In this document: in pieces, positions 38,330 through 48,992 of the stretch
How positions within the stretch are numbered: the stretch's first letter is position 1
Layout of the letters: each line of letters starts with the position of its first letter
From: an uncultured Acidimicrobiia bacterium
GTDB lineage: Bacteria; Acidobacteriota; Terriglobia; Versatilivoradales; Versatilivoraceae
NCBI GenBank assembly: GCA_963791795.1
Contig: CAWBTP010000010.1
Span: 503,808 to 567,807, forward strand
Length of the DNA stretch: 64,000 nucleotides
Reading direction: 5' to 3'
Notes under the pieces: model-generated
Told to the model about the DNA's origin: nothing
The model's input: the letters and a program-made list of their open reading frames with translations, nothing else
The model's database searches: none
Made by a program: the position numbers and the translations under genes

Positions 38330-41029
38330 TCACCCCCGAATCAACTGTCGCAGCACATAGGGCAGAATGCCGCCGTGCTGGTAGTAGTCAATCTCAATCG
38401 GCGTGTCGATTCGCAGCGTCACCGGTACTTCTTCACGGCTTCCGCTTTTCCGATGGATGACGAGTGTGACGTCCTGCTGCGGCTGAACTTGGCCGTCCAG
38501 GCCCAGCAGGTCGTAAGTCTCGCTACCGTCCAGCTTGAGTGATTGTGCGGTTGTTCCTTCCTTGAATTGACAGGGCAAGACTCCCATCCCCACCAGGTTG
38601 CTCCGGTGAATCCGCTCGAAACTCTGCGCGACAACCACTTTCACCCCCAGAAGTCTCGTCCCTTTGGCGGCCCAATCGCGCGAGCTTCCTGTGCCATATT
38701 CCTGTCCTGCGAAAATGATCAGCGGAATGCCGTCCTTTTGGTATTGCATCGAGGCATCATAGATACTCACCTGCTCTCCTGAAGGTTGCTGAATAGTGAC
38801 GCCACCCTCCACGCCCGGCACCATGAGGTTCTTGATGCGCACGTTGGCAAAAGTTCCGCGAGTCATCACACGATCATTGCCTCGACGAGAGCCATAGCTG
38901 TTGAAATCCTCCGGAGTAACGCCCTGTTCCTGCAAGTACAGTCCGGCAGGGGATGTCTTCTTGATAGCGCCGGCTGGACTGATATGGTCGGTCGTTACGG
39001 AATCGCCAAAGATGGCCAGGGGGCGAGCTCCTTTGACGCTTGAGATTTTCCCAGGCTGAAGACTGAAATTCTCAAAAAAGGGAGGTTCCTGGATGTAGGT
39101 TGATTCAGCGTCCCAGGCGTAAACATCACCTGTGCTCGAGGGGATCTCGTTCCACATGGGGTTCTGTGCGGCGAAGTCCTGATAAAGCCGCCGGAAGGTC
39201 GCGGGATCAAATGCCGATGCCATCAATTCGCGTACTTCCTTCAGGCTCGGCCAGACGTCCCTGAGGTAAACACTCTGTCCATCCTTACCTTTTCCGAGAG
39301 GTTCTTCCGTAAGGTCGATGTCCACGCGTCCGGCGAGGGCGAAGGCCACCACCAACGGTGGACTCATGAGAAAGTTCGCCTTGATGTTTTGGTGAACCCG
39401 CGCTTCGAAATTGCGATTGCCACTCAACACACTTGCAGCAATCAAGTCATTCTTGGTGACCGCTTCCTCAATCCGAGCTTCGAGCGGACCGGAATTTCCA
39501 ATGCAGGTCGTGCAACCATACCCGACCAACTGAAAACCCAACCGGTCGAGATACGGCTGGAGTCCGGTCTTTTCCAGGTAGTCGGTAACCACACGGGAGC
39601 CTGGAGCCAGCGACGACTTGACCGTGGGCCGTACGGTCAGACCCTTTTCCACTGCCTTGCGCGCTAACAGGCCTGCGGCCAGCATGACGCTTGGATTTGA
39701 CGTGTTCGTACACGATGTGATCGCGGCGATCAACACGTCTCCGTGACCGACGTCGGCAGCCGGCCTGTTGCCATTCGGCAGGGCAAAACGCTGCGACATT
39801 GCTTCTTTCGGTTTGTTGTAGCCGTTTTCGCTCACCGGCTTCTGGAACAACTCGACAAACTTCTCCTTCAAGCGCGGGAGTTCAATACGGTCCTGCGGAC
39901 GCTTGGGTCCGGCCACCGCCGGCTGAATATCTCCCAAATCCAGCTCCAGCAGGCTGCTGTAGTCACACTCACCCTTCCGGGGAATTCCGAAGAGCCCCTG
40001 CGCCTTGAAATAGTTTCGGAACGTCTGCACTTGTTCGTCCGTCCGTCCGGTTGAGAGCAGGTACTTGCAGGTTTCTTCGTCAATCGGGAAGAAGCCCATG
40101 GTGGCGCCATATTCCGGGGCCATGTTGCCGATTGTCGCTCGGTCGGTAACCGGAAGGGCGGCAGCTCCCTCGCCGAAATACTCAACGAACTTGCCGACGA
40201 CTTTGGCTTTGCGCAGCATTTCAGTGCAGTGCAGTACCAAGTCCGTCGCCGTAACTCCTTCGCGCAATGAACCTGTCAAATGCACTCCGACCACATCCGG
40301 AGTGAGGAAGTAGACGGGCTGGCCCAGCATGCCGGCTTCGGCTTCAATGCCACCGACACCCCAGCCCACGATTCCCAGTCCGTTGATCATCGTCGTATGG
40401 GAGTCGGTTCCCACCAGCGTGTCAGGGTAGTAAACTCCCCGGCTTTCCAGGACACCCTTGGCGAGATACTCAAGATTCACTTGATGGACGATGCCGATTC
40501 CGGGAGGCACTACTTTGAAGCTTTCAAATGCCTGCATTCCCCACTTCAAAAACTGGTAGCGGGCCCGATTGCGTTGAAACTCGGTCTGCATGTTCAGCTT
40601 GAAGGCCTCGCCCGTGCCCGAGTAGTCCACCTGTACCGAATGGTCAACCACAAGATCGACGGGTACTAGCGGTTCAATCAGCTTCACATTCTTGCCGAGC
40701 CGGGCAACGGCCGAACGCATCGCTGCCAGATCTACCAGTAACGGCACCCCAGTGAAGTCCTGCAACACGATCCTGGCGACCACAAACGGAATTTCTTCGG
40801 TACGAACGGCAGTTGGCTTCCAGTTGGCCAGGTTGCGAATGTCGGCTTCGCGAATTTTCTTGCCGTCGAAATTTCTTAGGACCGACTCCAATACAATGCG
40901 GATGCTGACCGGAAGTCTCGAAACAGGCCCGACACCTTGTTTTTCGAGCTGGGGCAAGGAATAGAATTGGCCTTTCCCTCCAGCCGCCGTAGGAAATTCC
41001 TGCAGGGTATTGAAAAGCTGATGTGACAT
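38330..41029 (-). CDS. acnA: Aconitate hydratase A
   Basis: 899-aa ORF with Fe-S ligand cysteines and the swivel domain, canonical AcnA/IRP family. Confidence 0.9.
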   Translation of the reverse strand: MSHQLFNTLQEFPTAAGGKGQFYSLPQLEKQGVGPVSRLPVSIRIVLESVLRNFDGKKIREADIRNLANWKPTAVRTEEIPFVVARIVLQDFTGVPLLVDLAAMRSAVARLGKNVKLIEPLVPVDLVVDHSVQVDYSGTGEAFKLNMQTEFQRNRARYQFLKWGMQAFESFKVVPPGIGIVHQVNLEYLAKGVLESRGVYYPDTLVGTDSHTTMINGLGIVGWGVGGIEAEAGMLGQPVYFLTPDVVGVHLTGSLREGVTATDLVLHCTEMLRKAKVVGKFVEYFGEGAAALPVTDRATIGNMAPEYGATMGFFPIDEETCKYLLSTGRTDEQVQTFRNYFKAQGLFGIPRKGECDYSSLLELDLGDIQPAVAGPKRPQDRIELPRLKEKFVELFQKPVSENGYNKPKEAMSQRFALPNGNRPAADVGHGDVLIAAITSCTNTSNPSVMLAAGLLARKAVEKGLTVRPTVKSSLAPGSRVVTDYLEKTGLQPYLDRLGFQLVGYGCTTCIGNSGPLEARIEEAVTKNDLIAASVLSGNRNFEARVHQNIKANFLMSPPLVVAFALAGRVDIDLTEEPLGKGKDGQSVYLRDVWPSLKEVRELMASAFDPATFRRLYQDFAAQNPMWNEIPSSTGDVYAWDAESTYIQEPPFFENFSLQPGKISSVKGARPLAIFGDSVTTDHISPAGAIKKTSPAGLYLQEQGVTPEDFNSYGSRRGNDRVMTRGTFANVRIKNLMVPGVEGGVTIQQPSGEQVSIYDASMQYQKDGIPLIIFAGQEYGTGSSRDWAAKGTRLLGVKVVVAQSFERIHRSNLVGMGVLPCQFKEGTTAQSLKLDGSETYDLLGLDGQVQPQQDVTLVIHRKSGSREEVPVTLRIDTPIEIDYYQHGGILPYVLRQLIRG

Positions 41030-41296
41030 GGAGACTCCCTTATGAAGGCGGCAGATGGTGGGTCTTCGAACCTTAAGACCCGCTCAGAATATGCGCTGGC
41101 TATGGGCCTGTCAAGGGAGCGGGTTGGCCTGTCACAGCGAGGGATCCGGTCGCCCCATGCTCAAAGTCGCTCTACGAAACTGGCGAGGCTCCTGCCGAGC
41201 CCGGTCCGCCACGATCGGTGGGAGACTGTCCTCAAAGTCTCTCACCATCGAAATCCTTTGTAATGTCCTTCCGAACCGTCTAGGCTTCATCAGCTT

Positions 41297-42535
41297 ATGA
41301 CACTGGAGTCCGTTCTCACGATCCTGGCAGTCCTGATGCTAGCCAAGGGCTTGTTTGGCGTGTTCGAAGGTATCCGCTACCTGGAGTATGTCCGCAAGCA
41401 TCTTGCAGCTCGACCCGAGCCGTGGATGCCGCCTGTTTCGGTCATCGTTCCTTGCAAGGGCCTTGACTTCGAACTCGACAAGAACGTTGAGGCCGTCTTT
41501 CGGCAGGTCTACCCCTTCTTTGAGGTCCTCATCGTCACCGCCACAGAGAATGATGCGGCGCTGGAGCCACTCAGGCGTTTGGCGGCCAGGTTTCCGGGGC
41601 ACAAGATTCGTTTCGTAACGGCGGGTTTCTCTCCGGACCGCGGGGAGAAAGTGCATAATCTCATTCAGGCAGTCGCGCGGGTCGACTCAGCCTCCGAAGT
41701 CTTGGTCTTTACCGACTCTGACTCACGTCCGCATCTCTGCTGGCTGCAGGAACTGGTGGCACCGCTGCGCGATGAGCACATAGGCCTTTCGACGGGATAT
41801 CGCTGGTACTACCCAACGCGCGGCAATCTGGCGGGTGTGGTCCGGTCTGTCTGGAACGGGTCAATCGCGACCTTGTTAGGCAACCACAATCACAACTTCG
41901 CCTGGGGCGGTTCCATGGCGATTCGGAAGTCCACATTTCACCGGGCACGCGTCCTGGAGTATTGGCAGCGGTCGATCAGTGACGACTACTCCATGACGCA
42001 AGCCATGAAGGATGCGGCACTTCGAATCCATTACGAGCCCCGCTGTCTCATTGGTTCCTATGGCGCTTGTGGTTGGGGAGAGCTGCTGGAATGGTCAACG
42101 CGCCAGATGATTCTCACCAAGGTCTACTCACGCAAGCTGTGGCGGCTGGCCCTGGCTTCGCAATGGACGTTCTCGCTAGTCTGGTGGTGGGCGCTCGGAG
42201 GTGTTCTGCTTGCGTTCCTCCCGATGACCCAGAGCTCGGTGCTCCGGTCGGTATGGGGTGGAGGACTCCGGAAGTACGCGCTCCTGGCCGGACTGTTGTT
42301 TCTGTTTGGCGCGTTGCGGGGCTGGTATCGTGTCCGCACCATCCAGCGCCTGCGTCCCGAACGCCGCGACGAGATCCAGGACTTTTGGTGGGGCTATGTA
42401 CTGTTGTTCCCGTTTGCTTCGACGCTGACCGCCTACAACCTGGCGCGTTCAGCCTGGACTTCGTCAGTCGAGTGGCGAGGAGTACGCTACGAATTCGGAG
42501 CGGCTCAGGAGCTGCGGGTTATTCGAAGCGAATAG
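41297..42535 (+). CDS. Membrane glycosyltransferase, GT2/GT21 (ceramide glucosyltransferase / HpnI-like) family
   Basis: N-terminal TM, GT-A core with DSD (FTDSDSRP), and multiple C-terminal TM helices. Confidence 0.75.
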   Translation: MTLESVLTILAVLMLAKGLFGVFEGIRYLEYVRKHLAARPEPWMPPVSVIVPCKGLDFELDKNVEAVFRQVYPFFEVLIVTATENDAALEPLRRLAARFPGHKIRFVTAGFSPDRGEKVHNLIQAVARVDSASEVLVFTDSDSRPHLCWLQELVAPLRDEHIGLSTGYRWYYPTRGNLAGVVRSVWNGSIATLLGNHNHNFAWGGSMAIRKSTFHRARVLEYWQRSISDDYSMTQAMKDAALRIHYEPRCLIGSYGACGWGELLEWSTRQMILTKVYSRKLWRLALASQWTFSLVWWWALGGVLLAFLPMTQSSVLRSVWGGGLRKYALLAGLLFLFGALRGWYRVRTIQRLRPERRDEIQDFWWGYVLLFPFASTLTAYNLARSAWTSSVEWRGVRYEFGAAQELRVIRSE

Positions 42536-42552
42536 GCGGACGACTTGAACCC

Positions 42553-43671
42553 ATGTCTACATTCGAACAAATCACCAAGCTGAGCCGGCAGGTATTCAAG
42601 CCCAAACGCTTGAATACGGTTGTGTTCTTTGTCACCTCCGTTTGCAACGAGAAGTGCCGTCACTGTTTCTATTGGGAAGAGCTCAACCAAAAGGGTGACC
42701 TCACCTTCGAGCAGATTCGCAGAATCTCTGAGACCACGCCACCGATTACCGATCTTTGGCTTTCGGGAGGCGAACCCTTCATGCGGAAGGAGCTGGCCGA
42801 GATTCTAGAGTTGTTCTACCGCAACAACGGCGTTCGCTGGGTGAATCTACCGACCAACGGACTGTTTGCCGAACGCACCCACCGCTGCCTGGATCGGGTT
42901 CTGACCAACTGTCCTCAATTGCACATCGATCTGAACGTCAGCGTCGATGGCTTTGAAACCACCCATGAGAAGCTTCGTGGGGTCCCCGGCTGCTATCGAA
43001 AAACGCTGGAGATGATTCGCTCGCTCCCACCTCTGGTGCAACAACATCGAAAGCAGTTGCGTGTGAACATGAATACCTGCCTGAATGCCGATAACGCCGA
43101 CGAGCTGATTGACTTCATGAAATTTGTCTACGAAGAACTTCCAGTTGATGGACAGTATTTGCAGATCATTCGTGGCAATGTCATGGATGCTTCACTCAAA
43201 CAGATTCCTCTGGACAAGCTTCGCGAGATTTACGCGTATGCCCGGTGGCTTTACGACCGGTACGCTGAACGCATGTTCCAGTCGCTTCCGTGGTCAAGTC
43301 GGAAGCTATCGAAGGTGTCTTACGCGGGAACACTGGCATTCCATAACAAGATCCAGTACGCGAACTATCTGCAATCAACGCGTTGGCCCATGGCCTGCAC
43401 AGCCGGCGAAACCTTTTGCGTCATCGACTACAACGGAGATGTCCGCGCTTGTGAGCTGCGAGGGAAGCTGGCCAACCTCAAGGATTACGCGTACGACTTT
43501 TCCCGCTTCTGGGCGGACGCAATCCGGCAACGGGAGACCCAGCAGATTGTTTGCGATCAGTGCTGGTGCACCCATGTCTGCAATATTCACGATTCTTTGC
43601 GTTACTCTCCGAAAGCCATGGTCGTCGACGTCCCGTTAGCTTACTTCGAAACCCGGCCCTCTCGGCCCTGA
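42553..43671 (+). CDS. Radical SAM enzyme with C-terminal SPASM/twitch-type auxiliary Fe-S domain
   Basis: CNEKCRHC (Cx3Cx2C), GGEPFM, then CTAGETFCVIDYNGDVRAC...CDQCWCTHVC. ATG at 42553; the longer listed ORF (from 42067) overlaps the GT gene and is discounted. Confidence 0.8.
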   Translation: MSTFEQITKLSRQVFKPKRLNTVVFFVTSVCNEKCRHCFYWEELNQKGDLTFEQIRRISETTPPITDLWLSGGEPFMRKELAEILELFYRNNGVRWVNLPTNGLFAERTHRCLDRVLTNCPQLHIDLNVSVDGFETTHEKLRGVPGCYRKTLEMIRSLPPLVQQHRKQLRVNMNTCLNADNADELIDFMKFVYEELPVDGQYLQIIRGNVMDASLKQIPLDKLREIYAYARWLYDRYAERMFQSLPWSSRKLSKVSYAGTLAFHNKIQYANYLQSTRWPMACTAGETFCVIDYNGDVRACELRGKLANLKDYAYDFSRFWADAIRQRETQQIVCDQCWCTHVCNIHDSLRYSPKAMVVDVPLAYFETRPSRP

Positions 43672-43830
43672 GAGAGCAGAGCCACCATCTCGGGCCGCTA
43701 TCTTTTCTGTGATATCATTCCTCTGCTTACTGCTGGACCGGAATCAGAGACCCGTCCGCCAAGGGCCGCGCTGTGACCCGCTTTTGGGAAAATCCAAGCT
43801 GAAATAGATCGTCGATGAGGCGAGGTAAGG

Positions 43831-45288
43831 ATGGCTGGTCGATTGTTGCTGGTTGGCGAGTTGAGCGACGAGCTCACTGAGCTGAGGGTCACCTTTGAAG
43901 GCATTGGGCTGACAGTGGAGATAGCTCCCGACGGTTTGGCCGGCCTTGAAATGGGCAAAGAGTTTCAACCCGATCTCGTGGTGACGGAAATCCTTACCAA
44001 TAGGTTGAGCGGATTCGAGCTGGCATCACGCATCAGCGGCGGGGCCGCGGGATTTGCAGCACCTGTTATTTTCTACACCGAGTTTTATCGTGATGAAAAA
44101 GCCCGGCGCGAAGTTATGGGTAAGTATGGTGCGCTCCAATACCTCGTCCGCCCGTTTCAGAAGGACGCGCTCAAGAGATTGGTTATGGCTCACTTCCAGG
44201 ACTTTCTCTCAAGCCTTCCCGGTGTGCCCGTCGTCGAAAGTACTCCTGTTTCTGAACCCGCTGGCAGTGACGCAGAAGCGAACTCAGCTGAGCTGCAGCT
44301 GAGCCATGCAACAGCCGCCGCCGAGGAGCAGGCCCGCAATCCTGTCTCAGAGACGCTGCAGCCCACGAAACTGGGCGACTTTCCCGGCGACGTGCCTGAT
44401 CGGTTCCGGGGCTTCAGTCCTGCAGAGCCGACAGCCTCTCCCGAAGCCAATGAGCCGGAACCGCAAGCTCTCAAGCCTGCTGTGGACCAAACCGAGAACC
44501 AAACCGTCAATGTGGCGGCGACAGCGCCCATACGCGGTGAAACGATTTCCGCGACGCCTAGGGAGGTCAAACAGCGCGAGGGGTTTCTCTCGTTGCCAGT
44601 TGAGGAACCTTCTTTGATTGGACGATTGCTGCAATCGACTCCGCTCAGACTCGCAGCGGTGGTGATCGTCGCGGCGCTGGCAATCTACCTGGTTCGTGAT
44701 CGGTTTCAGGGAGGAGATGACGAACTGCCACCTCAGCAATCTGCGACTCCAGAACTAGCTCAGCCTGCAGCGGCAACACCTACGGACACTGGATCGGCTT
44801 TGCCGGCCGCAACGACTGTCGCCCCTCCTCCAACTAGGCAAGAACTTCCGGCAGCGGTCGAGCCCGGAAAAGGAGCCTCTGAACCAACGACTCCTTCGGC
44901 TGCAGCGCCGGCTAAGACCGAAGATGCAGCGCAAGAAAACGAAATTGCGGATTCCAGTGAGGGAGCCCACGAACGGTCTCCAAGTCTCAATATTCAGGAT
45001 GTCACAGGCTCCGGAAGAGGACCTGTACTCCGGAGGATGAAACCCGTTCAGCTTTCGCAGGATGTGTTGAATAGCCTGGCAGCCAAGGCCGTCGTGATTC
45101 GTGTGGTCATCGATCGCGAAGGAAAGGTTACCGAGGTCACGCCTCTCAATCAGGAAGAAGGCGCAGCTTCGCTACCAGCGGACGCTCTGGCCGCTATCCA
45201 ACAGTGGAAGTTTTCAAGGTCTCGGCGCAAGGACGCAGGAGATGCGGTCAAATATTTCAGCCTCAAAGTACAACACCCTCGACAGTGA
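43831..45288 (+). CDS. Pseudo-receiver (REC-like) - TM - Pro/Ala-rich spacer - TonB C-terminal domain fusion protein
   Basis: N-terminal REC-like fold with Glu at the acceptor position (DLVVTEIL) and a retained KPF-like (LVRPFQK). One TM (LAAVVIVAALAIYLV). C-terminal VVIRVVIDREGKVTEV...AAIQQWKF matches TonB_C. Confidence 0.6.
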   Translation: MAGRLLLVGELSDELTELRVTFEGIGLTVEIAPDGLAGLEMGKEFQPDLVVTEILTNRLSGFELASRISGGAAGFAAPVIFYTEFYRDEKARREVMGKYGALQYLVRPFQKDALKRLVMAHFQDFLSSLPGVPVVESTPVSEPAGSDAEANSAELQLSHATAAAEEQARNPVSETLQPTKLGDFPGDVPDRFRGFSPAEPTASPEANEPEPQALKPAVDQTENQTVNVAATAPIRGETISATPREVKQREGFLSLPVEEPSLIGRLLQSTPLRLAAVVIVAALAIYLVRDRFQGGDDELPPQQSATPELAQPAAATPTDTGSALPAATTVAPPPTRQELPAAVEPGKGASEPTTPSAAAPAKTEDAAQENEIADSSEGAHERSPSLNIQDVTGSGRGPVLRRMKPVQLSQDVLNSLAAKAVVIRVVIDREGKVTEVTPLNQEEGAASLPADALAAIQQWKFSRSRRKDAGDAVKYFSLKVQHPRQ

Positions 45289-45337
45289 GATGGCGTGCGA
45301 ACCTGGAAGCGGCCGTTCGGTCTACTTCTAGGCCGGT

Positions 45338-47050
45338 CTATTTCCGCTTTCCGGGACCCCAAAGAGCCCGCCCCGATCGAACGCCAGTATGTTGTCCTTC
45401 GCTGAGCACTAGCTGCCCATTAACCAGCACGTGGTTCACGCCTGTTGAATACTGGTGTGGCTTCTCGAAGGTGGCGTGGTCTTGTATTTTGTTCGGATCG
45501 AAAACAACGACATCAGCAAAGAATCCTTCCTTAAGCGATCCTCGGCGATCGAGGCCCAGATTCTGAGCGGGCAAGCTGGTCAACTTGCGGATGGCCTCGC
45601 TCAGAGTAATCAGTTTTTCTTGACGAACATACTTTGCGAGCAGCCGAGCAAAATTTCCGTAGGCGCGTGGATGCGTGTTCGATTTGAGGAAGACACCTTC
45701 GGTTGCCATTGAAGCCCCGTCTGAACCGAAACTGACCCAGGGAAGAGCAATCTGCTTGCGCACGTTGTCTTCCGACATGGTGAAATAAACCACGCCGACA
45801 CGCGATTCGTCTTCTGTCATCAAATCCAAAACCGTTTCAGCAGCCGGCTTGCCACGCAACTTGGCGACTTCGGCCAGTGTCTTTCCCTGCAACGGTTTCA
45901 ACTTTTCGTTCTTGAACTCAACAATCAAGATTTTCTCCGGGGAGTTCACTCGGTTTTCAGTGGTGGCAGTGGGCGCCGTCATCTCACGAAGAATCCTTTG
46001 CCGATCCTTAGCGTCGCGAAACCGCTGACGCATCGCTTCCGGACCACCGCTTTGCGCCCACAAGGGGATACAGGCGTTGAGCCCGGTTGAGCTGGCGGTG
46101 TAGGTATACATGTCGGCAGTGATTTTCAATCCTTCCCGCCGCGCAGCCTCCACCTTCGCGATCGCTGCGTCCATCTTTCCCCAATGGGCTTCCCCAGAGG
46201 CTTTGAGGTGATAGATCTCAGCCGGAATCTGAGCCTCGCGGCTGATGCGGATCAGTTCGTCAATGCCTTCCAGCAGACCCTTGCCCTCGCTACGGATGTG
46301 CGAAATGTATTTTCCCTGAAACGGTGCCGCTGCCTTGCAGAGTTCTATCAGCTCCTCAGTACTGGCGTAGTTTGCTGGTGCATAGATCAGCGAGGAACCG
46401 ATTCCCAATGCACCTGCTTCCATCTCCTGCCTCACGAGCTTTTTCATGAGGTCAAGCTGCTCGGGTGTCGGAGGCTTGTCTTCCAGGCCAATGGCGTACT
46501 CCCGAACCGTGGTGGCACCAAGAAACGAAGCCACATTCTGAGACACACCTCTTTTCTCAAGATAAGACAGGTACTCTGCCAGTGTCGTCCATTCGATGGG
46601 GTACTTGATGTCGCCTTGTTCCTTCAGGATGCGCTCTTTCATGGTCGGCGTCAGCGGCCCCATCGAGTCGCCTTCACCCATGATTTCCGTCGTCACCCCC
46701 TGCCGTAGTTCTCCCTGTGAGTTCCCATCGGCAATCAGGCTCTCGGTTGACCAACTCAGCATGTTGATGAAGCCGGGAGCGATCGCTTGACCGGAAGCAT
46801 CGATGACTCGGCGGGCTTGTGACCGATCCACTGACCCAACCCGGGCGATCTTGTCAGCAGAGATGGCGACATCAGCCTTGATAGCGGGGCCGCCGCTGCC
46901 GTCGTAAACTTCGCCGCCAGTGATCAGGATGTCGTACACTGGAGCGGCCGTGCGCTGACAGGAGACCATCAGAGCCGTAAATAGAATCACCAGCAGAAGG
47001 CTGGCGGGAGCCTGGCCATCGCGGATGAAGGCAGTCGTTCTCGAAGTCAT
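45338..47050 (-). CDS. N-acyl-D-amino-acid deacylase (D-aminoacylase) family amidohydrolase, secreted/lipoprotein
   Basis: Amidohydrolase metal-binding pattern and D-aminoacylase-family length. N-terminal signal/lipobox-like (LMVSCQ). Confidence 0.8.
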   Translation of the reverse strand: MTSRTTAFIRDGQAPASLLLVILFTALMVSCQRTAAPVYDILITGGEVYDGSGGPAIKADVAISADKIARVGSVDRSQARRVIDASGQAIAPGFINMLSWSTESLIADGNSQGELRQGVTTEIMGEGDSMGPLTPTMKERILKEQGDIKYPIEWTTLAEYLSYLEKRGVSQNVASFLGATTVREYAIGLEDKPPTPEQLDLMKKLVRQEMEAGALGIGSSLIYAPANYASTEELIELCKAAAPFQGKYISHIRSEGKGLLEGIDELIRISREAQIPAEIYHLKASGEAHWGKMDAAIAKVEAARREGLKITADMYTYTASSTGLNACIPLWAQSGGPEAMRQRFRDAKDRQRILREMTAPTATTENRVNSPEKILIVEFKNEKLKPLQGKTLAEVAKLRGKPAAETVLDLMTEDESRVGVVYFTMSEDNVRKQIALPWVSFGSDGASMATEGVFLKSNTHPRAYGNFARLLAKYVRQEKLITLSEAIRKLTSLPAQNLGLDRRGSLKEGFFADVVVFDPNKIQDHATFEKPHQYSTGVNHVLVNGQLVLSEGQHTGVRSGRALWGPGKRK

Positions 47051-47147
47051 GAGTCTCCTTTGAAAATGCCCCTTGGCAACAAAGGGAGAAAGAAGCGACC
47101 GTCCGGGGGCTGATGTTAGCGGTGGAATATTCAGTGGCCGTATCCAG

Positions 47148-48074
47148 ATGTCTCACTTTGCCACAAAACTGAGAGCTCACGCCGAAGCGGAATTCGGTGA
47201 GTCCAACAAGGCTGCGATTGATAGCTGGCTGGGATATTGGTCGAGCACGGTCGAACGTAACCAAGCCATTCTGCAATTCTTTCGGGGGAAGTTGAATATC
47301 AATTTGAAGGGCAAGCGTATTTTGGATGTGGGCTGTGGAACTGCCGGCCTTTCGCAACTCGTCACCCGCGAAGGAGGCACCTACTTCGGTTGCGATTTCT
47401 TCGAGAAGATCCTGGCATTCGGCCAGGCATTCACCAGCGATCTTCCCAAGGACGCCAAGGCTTGGCTGGTTCGGAGTTCGGCGGTCGATCTGCCCTTCGC
47501 TGACAGCTCCATCGATCTGGCGATCGGGTTCGACGTCATTGAGCATCTTGTGGGTGGCGAATCCTGGCAGCTTCAGTTCCTCCGCGAAATTCGCCGGGTC
47601 CTTCGGCCGGATGGCCTGCTGCTGCTAACAACGCCAAACCGATTGTGTCCTTTTGAGGGACACACGTTCCTCATTGGTCCTCAGTTTCTGCCCATTGCGA
47701 TCGCGGATCGTTACATTCGATGGCTGAGGCCGCAGTTTTTTCGGGAGTATCACTCCTACGCCGAGGTTCAGCTGCTGATGCCGGGACGAATGAAGGCGCT
47801 GTTGAACGAAGCGGGGCTGTCAGCGCTCCATGAGCTTCCCTGGTGCACGGATTGCGAAAATTATCGACCAATAACCCGATCCTTGCTGCAAGCCTGCAAC
47901 GCCTTCGGTTTGAGCTGGGCAGTTTTCTACAAGTTCCAGATTGCTGCCGTCAAGCGTGAGTCTGTTTCGGAGCTGGGACGACTCAAAAGTCCGGTGAAAG
48001 ACGAATCGTTCTTTCCAGAACCGGGTCTCCGTGGGTTACTAAAGAAGGGCATGGGTCTCATGGCGCGACGATGA
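47148..48074 (+). CDS. Class I SAM-dependent methyltransferase
   Basis: Motif I ILDVGCGTAG and post-I acidic residue. ORF open from 47073. Confidence 0.7.
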   Translation: MSHFATKLRAHAEAEFGESNKAAIDSWLGYWSSTVERNQAILQFFRGKLNINLKGKRILDVGCGTAGLSQLVTREGGTYFGCDFFEKILAFGQAFTSDLPKDAKAWLVRSSAVDLPFADSSIDLAIGFDVIEHLVGGESWQLQFLREIRRVLRPDGLLLLTTPNRLCPFEGHTFLIGPQFLPIAIADRYIRWLRPQFFREYHSYAEVQLLMPGRMKALLNEAGLSALHELPWCTDCENYRPITRSLLQACNAFGLSWAVFYKFQIAAVKRESVSELGRLKSPVKDESFFPEPGLRGLLKKGMGLMARR

Positions 48075-48112
48075 TGATCAGTCGATGCCACAGCGTGAGA
48101 GTTTGTTCCCAG

Positions 48113-48970
48113 TCAAGATTCGGCAAGAAACTTCTCCAGGAGGTTGACCGCCACGGTGCGGCGATAAATCTGGGTCGAACGAAAATCATCGATCGGTGAC
48201 AACTCTGCTGAAAGTATTTCCCGGGCAGCCTTCACAGTTGCAGCATTGATCTTTGCGCCCCGCAAGAGGGCCTCGGTCTGAAAACACCGCAGCGGCACGG
48301 GAGCCACACTGCCGAGAGCGATGCGAATGTCAGCAACCGCACCTTCCTCAACCCTCATTCTGGCTGCGAAACAAACCTTTGAGATGGCTTGAGCGTTCCG
48401 AGTTCCCACTTTGCGGTAGCTTTCCTTCCAGGTCCATCGCGAACGCGGTAAGCGAACGCACGAAATCAACTCTCCGGGCTGCAGCTGCGTTTTCTTGTAG
48501 CTTGTGTGGAAGTCGTGATACGGCAGCCATCGACTCCCGCTGGCCGAGAGCAGCTCCACGTCAGCATCATAAACCAGCAAGGCGGGAGGAGAATCGGCTG
48601 CAGGCGAGGCATTGGCGATGTTGCCACCCAGAGTTGCACGGTTCTGAATCGCCACGGCTCCGGTCACCCCGGCAGCTTGGCAGAGCAGGGAATACTCTCG
48701 CTGCAAGGCCGGGGACCTTTGTAGTTCCGCGAAGGTTGTGAGCGAACCTAGTGTGAGGTTCTGAGAAGTTTCCTGAATGCCTCTCAGCTCTTGAAGGTGC
48801 CAGAGACTGAGATATCTGCCAACGGGCAGCTTTCCGGCTTCAAGCAACACCATCAAGTCGGTGCCACCGGCGAATGGAGTCCAAGCCTCAGCCGGACTAG
48901 CCAAGAGGTTTAGAGCCTCGGTCAGGTTTGCTGGCGTCTTCAATTCGTAAGCTGGCAGATAGGCGCGCAT
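48113..48970 (-). CDS. Molybdopterin dehydrogenase FAD-binding (medium) subunit, XdhB/CoxM-like
   Basis: FAD_binding_5 / CO-dehydrogenase flavoprotein pattern. Confidence 0.85.
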   Translation of the reverse strand: MRAYLPAYELKTPANLTEALNLLASPAEAWTPFAGGTDLMVLLEAGKLPVGRYLSLWHLQELRGIQETSQNLTLGSLTTFAELQRSPALQREYSLLCQAAGVTGAVAIQNRATLGGNIANASPAADSPPALLVYDADVELLSASGSRWLPYHDFHTSYKKTQLQPGELISCVRLPRSRWTWKESYRKVGTRNAQAISKVCFAARMRVEEGAVADIRIALGSVAPVPLRCFQTEALLRGAKINAATVKAAREILSAELSPIDDFRSTQIYRRTVAVNLLEKFLAES

Positions 48971-48992
48971 CAGATCGGTGGCGAAGGACGAG

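Noticed and set aside
42067-42552. N-terminal 162-codon extension of the radical-SAM ORF
   Set aside because: It overlaps the glycosyltransferase gene in another frame and has an Ala/Arg/Pro-rich composition. The conserved rSAM protein begins at the ATG at 42553, just after the GT stop.
44190-44990. Multiple antisense and alternate-frame ORFs inside the receiver-TonB gene
   Set aside because: They fall in the low-complexity Pro/Ala/Glu-rich linker coding region, where every frame is open. They have no independent support.
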